The notes under the pieces: model-generated
The model's database searches: none
Told to the model about the DNA's origin: nothing
Seen by the model: the letters and a program-made list of their open reading frames with translations, nothing else
Shown: piece by piece, positions 9,077-17,640 of the stretch
Layout: every line of letters begins with the position of its first letter
How positions within the stretch are numbered: position 1 is the first letter of the stretch
Translations under genes and position numbers: made by a program
Assembly (NCBI GenBank): GCA_018817805.1
Contig: JAHITC010000034.1
Coordinates: forward strand, 1-36,373
Direction of reading: 5' to 3'
Source of the DNA: Patescibacteria group bacterium
GTDB taxonomy: Bacteria > Patescibacteriota > Kazan-3B-28 > UBA10110
DNA: 36,373 nucleotides

Positions 9077-9712
9077 ATGCACCGATGCATTCTCGTCATG
9101 TGTTTTTTGGCTTTAATTGCTTCTTGTAGTTGCAGCAGCAACTCTCCTGTCGTTCCACTTGAAAATGATTTGAAGGTGGTAGGAGATTACTCGTATAGCC
9201 AAAGGAATGGCGAGATAGAGACAGGTATGCTGGTTATGGATATCCAACACAGGATAATGTTAATTCCTGATAATAGGTCGGCGGCATCAACATTCTCAAA
9301 TTGGTGGTTCGATATTCAATGCGAGTATCGTAATTATCAATATTTATTTGACGATACACCTGTTTATATTCGGAACACCGATGTTGTGATCGACATTACG
9401 ATCGATTACAAACAGAACCTGCCGTTGAATCAGCCACCTTTCTTGTTTGCTCGGGGGTGGATTCAACACCGAAACGCCAGGGACGGCAGTTTATTGCCTG
9501 GCCATTCGGTGCAAGTAGGAAACCTCCTGTTGGCTCCTTATGGGCATATGGAGCTTACTACCAAGTATTGGATACCTCCTGGTGTGCCAGCAGAGGATCC
9601 GTTCACTTGTATTACACCCTGGTTATCAGTCCAGTTGGTTTACAACGGAGGATCGTTCACCATGAACCTAGCTGGCTTTACTGCCGGCAACTGGTTGTTA
9701 ATAGCAGACTAA
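9077..9712 (+). CDS. Orphan putative lipoprotein
   Basis: GGGAGGTG SD; lipobox-like LIASC/SCSC; terminator downstream. Confidence 0.7.
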   Translation: MHRCILVMCFLALIASCSCSSNSPVVPLENDLKVVGDYSYSQRNGEIETGMLVMDIQHRIMLIPDNRSAASTFSNWWFDIQCEYRNYQYLFDDTPVYIRNTDVVIDITIDYKQNLPLNQPPFLFARGWIQHRNARDGSLLPGHSVQVGNLLLAPYGHMELTTKYWIPPGVPAEDPFTCITPWLSVQLVYNGGSFTMNLAGFTAGNWLLIAD

Positions 9713-9728
9713 GTTAGCGCCAAATTAT

Positions 9729-9755
9729 AAGACCACCTAATAGATGGTCTTTTTT
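9729..9755 (+). terminator. Intrinsic terminator
   Basis: AAGACCA...TGGTCTT followed by a T-tract. Confidence 0.7.
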
Positions 9756-9761
9756 ATGTGG

Positions 9762-9791
9762 AACATGTTCGAAGCTCGTCCAGGACGGGGA
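9762..9791 (+). repeat. 30-bp direct repeat, copy 1 (att-like)
   Basis: AACATGTTCGAAGCTCGTCCAGGACGGGGA, identical to 10126-10155. Confidence 0.95.
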
Positions 9792-9899
9792 ACCAATAAA
9801 GAATAAATAGCTCTGAGACAACAATAACTCTTGACGAGAGAGATACTTTGATGTATAAAGTTAATAGTAAATTATTTTGACATTTTGGAGGTGAAATAA

Positions 9900-10073
9900 A
9901 TGACACCAAGTATTATTCTGATATGTATGGGAGTGGCTTATATAATTGGTACTTTGTTCACATTGATCTTTTTTGGAGAATCACGAGATGAGTTTCCTGG
10001 CTCAGTTAGAACTCTTGTGATAGGAATCATAATGCTTATTATCGGTATACTTCTTCCAACGATTGCATCATAA
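9900..10073 (+). CDS. 57-aa two-TM small membrane protein (MTPSIILICMGVAYIIGTLFTLIFFGESRDEFPGSVRTLVIGIIMLIIGILLPTIAS)
   Basis: Below the ORF-track cutoff; promoter TTGACG-17-TATAAA (9831-9859), GGAGGTG SD, terminator at 10093-10116. Confidence 0.8.
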   Translation: MTPSIILICMGVAYIIGTLFTLIFFGESRDEFPGSVRTLVIGIIMLIIGILLPTIAS

Positions 10074-10092
10074 TTAACAACTAAAATAATAC

Positions 10093-10116
10093 AACTGGTC
10101 AAAAGACCAGTTTTTT
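10093..10116 (+). terminator. Intrinsic terminator
   Basis: AACTGGTC-aaaa-GACCAGTT followed by TTTT. Confidence 0.8.
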
Positions 10117-10125
10117 CTTATCCAA

Positions 10126-10155
10126 AACATGTTCGAAGCTCGTCCAGGACGGGGA
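10126..10155 (+). repeat. 30-bp direct repeat, copy 2 (att-like)
   Basis: Identical to 9762-9791; period 364 bp. Confidence 0.95.
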
Positions 10156-10329
10156 GGGGGGAAGAGTTCAAACAAATCTGTATATAATTTTGTTGTCCCC
10201 ATCTCTCTTATTTATTTAATAAAAAGTTATTTAAAAACAACCCTGTGTAAACCTTAGGGAAGGGTTGTTGCTATCTCATTGTTACACGTCGTACAATGTA
10301 TCTTGTGCGACACTATCCCTGATATAAGT

Positions 10330-10360
10330 AAAAAACCGCCTCCATACCGGATAGCGGTTT
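10330..10360 (-). terminator. Intrinsic terminator of the 631-aa gene
   Basis: Minus strand AAACCGC...GCGGTTTTTT. Confidence 0.7.
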
Positions 10361-10381
10361 AAATGTTCGATATAAGTTATT

Positions 10382-12277
10382 TTATCTCAGCGGTTTCCAC
10401 ATTTTATCATCTTGGAGTGAGAATAAATCTGCTTTCAATAACCACTTCCTAAAATCAGGAATGGTTCCGGAGAACTCCAGAACATCCTGTCCCTCAGTGA
10501 TCCCTAGCACTGAGAGATCATTGTCTTCGTCTGGTTGTGCAATTATCGTAAACTTCGAGTTAGAGATCTCCGTGCCACGTTCAGCGATAAATACAGCGAT
10601 TGAATACCCCTCGATCATGTTCGATCGATTATAGCGTTTTTCGTTGTCGATGTAACCATCCTGCACGAGTGACTCCCACGACCCATATTGTAATGCTGCA
10701 TCCCAATAGCACACTTGAACCGACCCAAGCGCCCTTAGGTATAGCCTGCATCCATGCTCAATGTCTGATTCTTTATCCTTGGCCTGTTCTTGCTTAGTTG
10801 CTTTTTTGAATTGTTCGATAAACTCTTTTTTCTCTAGAGGTACAATCTCTAGAACGTGGAGTTTACTATTACCATCAAGAATAAAAGCATGAATTTTATT
10901 GGAATCGAAATGAACATCGGCTATAAAATAATCGAATGATTGAAGAGCAGATACTTTCAGATCTCTTGGGTTAGATGCATCCAGAATGCAAAATTTTTCT
11001 TCACGTTTCAGATTCTCGCCATCCCTGACATAATTATAACCGAATACATAAACCCAGTTATCGATCGCTTCTACAAAAATCGGAGTGAATGGCAATCCTT
11101 TTGCACTTAGAACACGATCGGTGTTAACTACCTTCGTTTCCCCATGCCCTTTTAGGTAAGGATGTGCCCAATGCGAAAGAACCGTAATCCCATATTCTAC
11201 TCCAGGGATTTTATAAGTATCCTCCCCAATTTTTGCCACAGGTTCTACTTCTATTTCATTGGAAAGATGCATGCTCTTCCCAATAAAATATACATATTCA
11301 TCTTCCACAGAGTTGAGAATCCCCTCATTATCCACTTTTGTGAAATCAAATACATTTTTAAATCCTTCGCTCGAACTATGTGTGTCTCCAAGTTTTCCAA
11401 TGAGAAGTGGGTGTTTTTCATTAGGGCTATCGATATTTTCTTTCTCATCTCTCCTGTAGAGATCAAAGGCCAAGATCTCATCATAGAAATTGGCATAGAA
11501 ATAGTCACCAAAAACAGAAAGTTTTTGAAGATGTCCTGGAAATCGTCTCCATTTCTCATAAGAAACTGTGTATATCAAATTTCCATTTCCATCTTTCTTA
11601 ATCTTTCCATCCTGACCATATTCATACTGATGATCCTTATAGGCCAGAATTAAATTTGACAACAAAGCAGGTTTCTCAGGATCTTGTATATCAACCCTAT
11701 AAATCCTGCTGTTAAAAATGTAATTGTCATAATATTCGGTTGTCACAACAACTACATCCTTTCCGTTCGTAGCAATTTCTCCAGTGTCAGCATCTGGGAA
11801 AACTAAGTCGCTATCGATTGCCTTGAAATTCTTTCCATCAAATTTGTAGGCATCTAGATAGAGACATGAATCATGCCTCTCATGCGACGGATCTATCTTG
11901 TGCAGAATGAACAAATAATCATTCTGTGCTGCGACAATATCAACAACGTTCAGGTTTTGAGAGAGTTCTTCTACTCTTGCGTTATAAACAATTTGAGCAG
12001 TTTTTAGACTTACCACACATATATGTGATATCTTCTCTTTTCTTTCACCAGCCCCATCGATTATTTGAAAACCGACAAAGAAAGCGTAGTTATCACTGTA
12101 AGTCGTATGTCTGATATAAGAAAATGTATCAGACATGTCCACTACAGCAATTTCATTGAAAATTTTACCTGAAATTACCGTTTCCTCCGCTTCGACATTA
12201 GCTGTATTCGCAACTAATGTTGTTCCTGTAATTGAAATAATGGACACCATTATGACAATTAGAATTCGTAGTGCCAT
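10382..12277 (-). CDS. Secreted orphan protein with LVIVD-like repeat (beta-propeller) region and a distinct C-terminal domain
   Basis: Signal peptide; IYRVDIQDPEKP and FCILDASNPRDL repeats; ATGGAGGTG SD; TGtTATACT -10 at about 12331-12339. Confidence 0.75.
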   Translation of the reverse strand: MALRILIVIMVSIISITGTTLVANTANVEAEETVISGKIFNEIAVVDMSDTFSYIRHTTYSDNYAFFVGFQIIDGAGERKEKISHICVVSLKTAQIVYNARVEELSQNLNVVDIVAAQNDYLFILHKIDPSHERHDSCLYLDAYKFDGKNFKAIDSDLVFPDADTGEIATNGKDVVVVTTEYYDNYIFNSRIYRVDIQDPEKPALLSNLILAYKDHQYEYGQDGKIKKDGNGNLIYTVSYEKWRRFPGHLQKLSVFGDYFYANFYDEILAFDLYRRDEKENIDSPNEKHPLLIGKLGDTHSSSEGFKNVFDFTKVDNEGILNSVEDEYVYFIGKSMHLSNEIEVEPVAKIGEDTYKIPGVEYGITVLSHWAHPYLKGHGETKVVNTDRVLSAKGLPFTPIFVEAIDNWVYVFGYNYVRDGENLKREEKFCILDASNPRDLKVSALQSFDYFIADVHFDSNKIHAFILDGNSKLHVLEIVPLEKKEFIEQFKKATKQEQAKDKESDIEHGCRLYLRALGSVQVCYWDAALQYGSWESLVQDGYIDNEKRYNRSNMIEGYSIAVFIAERGTEISNSKFTIIAQPDEDNDLSVLGITEGQDVLEFSGTIPDFRKWLLKADLFSLQDDKMWKPLR

Positions 12278-12399
12278 TGGGCACCTCCATCTATAGATTT
12301 TTAAAATTTTTAAGATACAACTTACCCTCTAGTATAACACCTTTTTAAAATAAAAAACCGCTCCTATTGTTAAGAAACGGTTTGTTCCAATTACTATTC

Positions 12400-12942
12400 T
12401 TATTTATCAATTTCTGGGTTAATTACAGCGTTTTCAACAGTCGCCCATTCACTATCACCGGTCTCTGGAATCAAGACAGTTACTTCGTCGCCTGGACTAA
12501 GCTTAAAATACGTTACCGAGGCCATAAGGACTTTATACGACTTACCAGCGGCAACTACCGTGTATTCATCGTTCTCATTCACTAAAGTACCTATCACTTT
12601 CTTTCTAGCAATAGGCCCAATTTGTTTATAGACAAACGAACCATCACTTAAAATAGTAAGTTTCATTACATCGCCAGCTACTAATTTAGATTTACTAGCA
12701 TAATTAGCCGGCACTGGATATTTCTTACCTTCATGGTCTATCATATACTGGCCGTCAAAAAAGACCCCTTCAATGATATTACCGTCGCTATTGAGACCTT
12801 CGGCTTTAGTTTGATAACCAGCAGATCCAGCTGAAAATGGCATGCCCAACATATCGGCTAAAATTTGTTTAGCTGTGGTAATATTAGCTGATGCAGTTTC
12901 TACTAGCGCTCTTAATTTTTCGAGTTGTTTGTCTTTGCTCAT
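12400..12942 (-). CDS. Conserved CPR-type hypothetical protein (N-terminal helix plus beta-rich domains)
   Basis: IIEGVF.DG..M...GKKYPVPANYASKSKLV.GD..KLTI..DGSFVYKQIGP pattern recalled from CPR genomes; ATG 12942 preferred over TTG 13008. Confidence 0.7.
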   Translation of the reverse strand: MSKDKQLEKLRALVETASANITTAKQILADMLGMPFSAGSAGYQTKAEGLNSDGNIIEGVFFDGQYMIDHEGKKYPVPANYASKSKLVAGDVMKLTILSDGSFVYKQIGPIARKKVIGTLVNENDEYTVVAAGKSYKVLMASVTYFKLSPGDEVTVLIPETGDSEWATVENAVINPEIDK

Positions 12943-13029
12943 CTCGGGAATTTTAATTTTTATATTTCTAGACCAGATAATTATACTCGAGTAGTTACTT
13001 TTAGACAACTCCCCTACTCTAGGAGCTTG

Positions 13030-15459
13030 TTATTTGGTTAGATTATCTAAATTATTTAAATCGGTTAAATTATCTAAGAATTTTCCACGTTCTCTAATTT
13101 CGCTATCGACAATTCTTCGATCGCGACCATATTTAAGCCGAGAAAGGTTTCTTAGGGCAGTGGCCAATTTAGGATTGGCCTCCCCCATTGGCGGCAAAGT
13201 AGAAAAGTTGAACGGTTTGCTACCAGCACCGTCAATCAGTAATTTAATATAAGCATTCCGATTTTCAATATTAAGTAAATCGTTAGCACTAACTTCGGGA
13301 TCGAATTCCTTTTGGATAATATCGGTATCCCCTGCCCCAATGCGGAAACTGACCGTAGTGCCCACGTTGCCGATTACCGCATCACGAATTTTTTCTTCAA
13401 GTTGAGCTACAAACTGGTGAGCTACAGTCAAATTTAAATGATATTTACGAGCTTCGGATAGAATAGTAGAAATAGAATCGGTGGTCACATTTTGAAACTC
13501 ATCTATGTATAAATAGAAATCTTCTCTCTCAGCTTCAGGGATATCGGCACGAGATAGTGCAGCCATTTGAATTTTAGAAACCAAGATAAATCCTAGAAGG
13601 TTGCTATTAATTTCTCCGGTTAAACCTTTTGCTAAGTTAACTAATAAGATTTTTTTATTATCCATTACATCGCGCATATTAAAAGCAGAATTTTTTTGAC
13701 CAATAATATTTCGCATCATTTCATTGCTGAGAAAACGACCAATTTTACTAACGACGTACGAAAGCATATCGGCCGACTGTTGGCCACGTTGCGATTGAGC
13801 GTATTCTTGAAGCCAGAATTGGCGCACAGCTGGGTCTGTTACTTTTTGCAGTTTAGTTTCTCTAAATTCTTTATCCGTAAACATTCTAGGGATCTCAATA
13901 AGGGTGGCGCCAGTTTCATCATCAGCCAAAAGAGCTAGCATAGCATTACGCATATAATGCTCGAACATTGGGCCAATAATTTGATTTGTACCAGTTGGGT
14001 CAAATAATTTATAGAAAATAGAGATCATTTCTGCCACAGCCATATCTTTCTCTGCAGGAGTTTTTGCGTCTAAAAGGTTTAAGCCAACAGGGCGCTCTAA
14101 ATCGGGAGGATAAAAATGGATAACATCTTCAGCCCGCTCCTTTGGAATACGGGCTAGTAGCCAATCTATCATGTCGCCATGAGGGTCGATTACACACACA
14201 CCGTTACCCTTTAGAATGTCTTGAATGGCCATGTTCTGCATCCAAGTAGTTTTACCGGTACCAGTTTTACCAATGCAATAAAGATGGTATCTACGATCGC
14301 TGTCTTGAATACGAACTATGTTCTCGATTCCTCGATATAAGTTTTTCCCAAGTATTGTCCCCTCTTTAGGTAAGTTATTAGGGGCGGCAAATCTTTTAGC
14401 TCGTTGCCATTTAATATTTGGAGTGTCGAGATATGCAGAAGGCAGATGCCATAACGTTGCAATTTCTTCGGTATTAAGTGTGAATGTTTTGCCTAAATTA
14501 AATAATCTAAAAATTAGTTGCGAGATAATTTTATTCTCTGGTAATTTATCTAGAGTAAACCTGTTTAATTGTGGGCTAGCATATTGATGAAAACTACTAA
14601 GAATGTTATTTAAATTAATTTGGGCTTCTTCTTTGGTGGATGAGGCAGTTACAATTCGAATTAAAGTGCTAAATCCTACCTTGCTAGTTTTTGCGCTGAT
14701 CGCTTCTATAATATTTTCTTCACCAGGAGTTAATTTCTTAGTTTCATCTTTCTTGTCGTCTTTCTTGTTATTGACGGAAGCTAAATCTCTAAAACCACTT
14801 AGAATTCCTTCGCCGATACTACCCCCACTTCCTTTTCCTTGCTGAAGCATGCTAGCAAGCGTTTGACCGCGTTTCTGCCAACCATCACTGGCTGGTCTAA
14901 TAATAATTTGGACAGCAGCTCCTTCGGTATCGCTGTTCAATTTACTTAAGGCGTTGGTTAAAGCATCGAGAGCATCTCCTTCGAAGTTTGGATAAGTTAC
15001 GATCGGGTAAACTGATTCTTTCTTTAATTTAATTTGGGCAGCCGCAATTTGACCAGTGTGGGGGAAAATATTTGGATCGATTACTTCTTCCACAACAGCT
15101 TCCGGATACTGGGCAGTAATTTGTTTCTCGAGTAAATCTTTTAAGTGTCCAGGGACGCTCATGTAAAAACCAATAGTTCCACCCTGGGCGATAAGCTCTA
15201 GCGTGATATATTCATTCTTTAAACTATCCTTAATAGAATGTAGATTACGTAAAAGAATTTCGGTGGGAGCAATTAATTCTTTAATTTGCTTATTCTTGTC
15301 TTCTTCTTTTAGTTCCTTAGGCAGGGTAATAAGGAATAACTTGCGCTCGACTGATTTCTTAACATTGTCTTTGGTGGCAATTGCTTTTTTGATGTACCAA
15401 AAATAACCGGTAATTCCGATTAGTATCAGAGCGAGAATTGTGATTAACCAAGTTAACAT
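13030..15459 (-). CDS. Membrane-anchored HerA/FtsK-superfamily ATPase (DUF87 / TraD-VirD4 coupling-protein-like)
   Basis: N-terminal TM; Walker A GKTGTGKT, IDPHGD, Walker B LYIDEFQ, SEARKY, AHQFVAQL. Confidence 0.88.
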   Translation of the reverse strand: MLTWLITILALILIGITGYFWYIKKAIATKDNVKKSVERKLFLITLPKELKEEDKNKQIKELIAPTEILLRNLHSIKDSLKNEYITLELIAQGGTIGFYMSVPGHLKDLLEKQITAQYPEAVVEEVIDPNIFPHTGQIAAAQIKLKKESVYPIVTYPNFEGDALDALTNALSKLNSDTEGAAVQIIIRPASDGWQKRGQTLASMLQQGKGSGGSIGEGILSGFRDLASVNNKKDDKKDETKKLTPGEENIIEAISAKTSKVGFSTLIRIVTASSTKEEAQINLNNILSSFHQYASPQLNRFTLDKLPENKIISQLIFRLFNLGKTFTLNTEEIATLWHLPSAYLDTPNIKWQRAKRFAAPNNLPKEGTILGKNLYRGIENIVRIQDSDRRYHLYCIGKTGTGKTTWMQNMAIQDILKGNGVCVIDPHGDMIDWLLARIPKERAEDVIHFYPPDLERPVGLNLLDAKTPAEKDMAVAEMISIFYKLFDPTGTNQIIGPMFEHYMRNAMLALLADDETGATLIEIPRMFTDKEFRETKLQKVTDPAVRQFWLQEYAQSQRGQQSADMLSYVVSKIGRFLSNEMMRNIIGQKNSAFNMRDVMDNKKILLVNLAKGLTGEINSNLLGFILVSKIQMAALSRADIPEAEREDFYLYIDEFQNVTTDSISTILSEARKYHLNLTVAHQFVAQLEEKIRDAVIGNVGTTVSFRIGAGDTDIIQKEFDPEVSANDLLNIENRNAYIKLLIDGAGSKPFNFSTLPPMGEANPKLATALRNLSRLKYGRDRRIVDSEIRERGKFLDNLTDLNNLDNLTK

Positions 15460-15471
15460 GTTTGTTTTTAT

Positions 15472-15780
15472 TTATGCAGCTTTTTTGTACTCGATAAGTC
15501 TCTCCGTAATCTTACGAGCATTGCTAGCATCAGTTTCCATTTTATTTTCACTTAAAGTAAACAAGTCAAAAGTTTTTTCGCCTACATTCTGGACTATGGC
15601 TGTTTCGGTTGGGAGTTTGGAAGATTGAGGTTCGACAGCTAGCTCTATCTCTTCAGCAACATCTGCAGGTGTTGGCAATGAGGTAATTTCTTCGCTGTTT
15701 TCGGGAGCTTTAAACACCTCAATACCGCTTGAAGGCAACTGTTCGGGACTATTAGCAGATTTTTCTTGTTCCAGATTCAT
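15472..15780 (-). CDS. Acidic hypothetical protein
   Basis: 102-aa ORF co-oriented and closely spaced with the ATPase gene. Confidence 0.7.
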   Translation of the reverse strand: MNLEQEKSANSPEQLPSSGIEVFKAPENSEEITSLPTPADVAEEIELAVEPQSSKLPTETAIVQNVGEKTFDLFTLSENKMETDASNARKITERLIEYKKAA

Positions 15781-15865
15781 ATTTGTATACTTTCGGAGAT
15801 AATCTATAAATTACCTCTTATCTGGAATTTAATCCAGCGTATCGTTTGATTATAACACACTGGGC

Positions 15866-17233
15866 TTATTTTGTCAATAATCTGCTCACCATGTCTTTAA
15901 TCTGATCCGGATCTGCACTACCTTTAGTTTTATTCATCACTTGTCCAATCAGGAAGCCAATTATTTTTGTTTCACCAGCCTGGTGCTTAGCTACGGCCTG
16001 CGCATTCTCGGAAAGTACGGTTTTAATAGTGCTTTCTAGCTCCCCCACTGAGATAGTTCTTATCTGTTTAATAGCATCAGTCAACTTAACCCCACTATTA
16101 ATAGCTGTATAAACTTGTTTAATAGCGGCGCTAGTTGGCTCTTGCTTCATTATCCATTGATAAAAAGCTAGATCTGCATTTGGCCAGTTAGCCACAGCTT
16201 TTGGATCGAGAGAACTGTCTTGCTCCATCAACTTAACAAAACCTAATAAAGCATCTTTACCTTGTAACTCCGTTACTCGATCGTACGATAGTTTGAATTT
16301 TTCGGATTTTTCTCGTAGTTCACGTGGGAGCATAGTTAAATCTTTTTTCCAACTGTTAACTTCTGCCTCTGTTAAAACAACGGGTGGTAAATCTGGTTCT
16401 GGGAAATAACGGTAGTCGATAGAGCCTTCTTTGCTGCGCTGCGAAATGCTAGTGTTGGTTTTACTATCCCACCCCCTAGTTTCTTGTTCTACTACTCCCC
16501 CGCTTTCTAATATTTTAATTTGGCGATCAATTTCAAATTTCAACGCTTGTTCTAAGTATTTAAATGAATTTAAGTTTTTAACTTCTACTTTAGTCCCAAG
16601 CTCTTTCTGGCCTTTAGGTCTAACGGATATATTGGCGTCTACTCTAAGGTGACCTTTTTCCATATCGGCATGGGAAACACCCATTAGGCGAACTAAGCGC
16701 TGTAGCTCTTGCATAAAAATTCTTGCTTCTTCTGGAGAAGTAATATCTGGTTCCGTTACAATCTCCATTAATGGAGTTCCACAACGATTAAAATCGACCA
16801 GGGTGGCATTGCTTGCGTGGATAGATTTACCTGCATCTTCTTCTAGGTGCAGACGAGTAATGCCAACTGTAAATTCTTTTTTTGTTCGTTTATCATCAGC
16901 TAGGTAGTCGATCAGCAATTTACCATTTTCTCCCACCGGGAAAAAGAACTGCGAAATCTGATAACCCTTAGGCAAGTCTGGGTAGAAATAATTTTTACGA
17001 TCGAATCTTTGGAATAAATTTATCTTACAACCTAGAGCTAGGGCAACTTTTGTTCCCCATTCAACGGCTTGTTTATTAGTTACAGGCAAAGTGCCTGGAA
17101 AACCCATACACAGTGGGCAAACTACTGTATTGGGGGCTTTATCTTCGGCATCATTATTACAACGACAAAACATTTTGCTTTTGGTTGCCAGTTGCGTATG
17201 AATTTCGAGACCAATTGTAGAAGTATATTCCAT
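15866..17233 (-). CDS. gatB: Asp/Glu-tRNA amidotransferase subunit B
   Basis: IGLEIHTQL, FDRKNYFYPDLPKGYQISQ, HLEEDAGK, YRYFPEPDLPP. Confidence 0.97.
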   Translation of the reverse strand: MEYTSTIGLEIHTQLATKSKMFCRCNNDAEDKAPNTVVCPLCMGFPGTLPVTNKQAVEWGTKVALALGCKINLFQRFDRKNYFYPDLPKGYQISQFFFPVGENGKLLIDYLADDKRTKKEFTVGITRLHLEEDAGKSIHASNATLVDFNRCGTPLMEIVTEPDITSPEEARIFMQELQRLVRLMGVSHADMEKGHLRVDANISVRPKGQKELGTKVEVKNLNSFKYLEQALKFEIDRQIKILESGGVVEQETRGWDSKTNTSISQRSKEGSIDYRYFPEPDLPPVVLTEAEVNSWKKDLTMLPRELREKSEKFKLSYDRVTELQGKDALLGFVKLMEQDSSLDPKAVANWPNADLAFYQWIMKQEPTSAAIKQVYTAINSGVKLTDAIKQIRTISVGELESTIKTVLSENAQAVAKHQAGETKIIGFLIGQVMNKTKGSADPDQIKDMVSRLLTK

Positions 17234-17640
17234 TAGAGAGCTTTCAAATTCTTTAATGCGTTATAAAAAGCGTCGATGGCCTGTTCGCCATGATAGTCAG
17301 CTAAATGAAAATCTATTTCATGCACGAGTTTGTTGCGTAGTTTGTGTGCTTCCCACAGTGCTTGGTAATTACTTGCTGTAAGCAACGGTTTAGCCAGCTT
17401 TAACCTTTCAGCAAAAGTTTTACCGCGGAGATTTAATCGTTTTAGAACAAAATCTACTAATTTATCTGCTTCCATTAAGGCCTCTTTCATCCTTTTCTCT
17501 TCGGTATATGCCTCAATATCTTTCCATTTATGCAGAACTATGGAAAAATCTTTTTCACTTAGTTTACGTGGTCTGGAAATTAAAAATAAGATTAATAGCC
17601 CTATTGCCAGTACACCAAAAATGTACCAAATTGTTATCAT
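17233..17640 (-). CDS. Membrane-anchored hypothetical protein with HEPN-like RxxxxH motif
   Basis: N-terminal TM; EADKLVD...[10 protein letters not shown]; ATGA overlap with the gatA stop and TAATG overlap with the gatB start. Confidence 0.75.
   Translation of the reverse strand: MITIWYIFGVLAIGLLILFLISRPRKLSEKDFSIVLHKWKDIEAYTEEKRMKEALMEADKLVDFVLKRLNLRGKTFAERLKLAKPLLTASNYQALWEAHKLRNKLVHEIDFHLADYHGEQAIDAFYNALKNLKAL

Noticed and set aside
9762-10155. CRISPR array or classical integron attC interpretation of the 30-bp repeats
   Set aside because: Only two exact copies separated by 334 bp containing a gene; no cas or intI gene; no RYYYAAC...GTTRRRY attC architecture
12400-13008. Ribosomal protein L7/L12 label that I recall being attached to this CPR family
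   Set aside because: No L7/L12 sequence motifs are present
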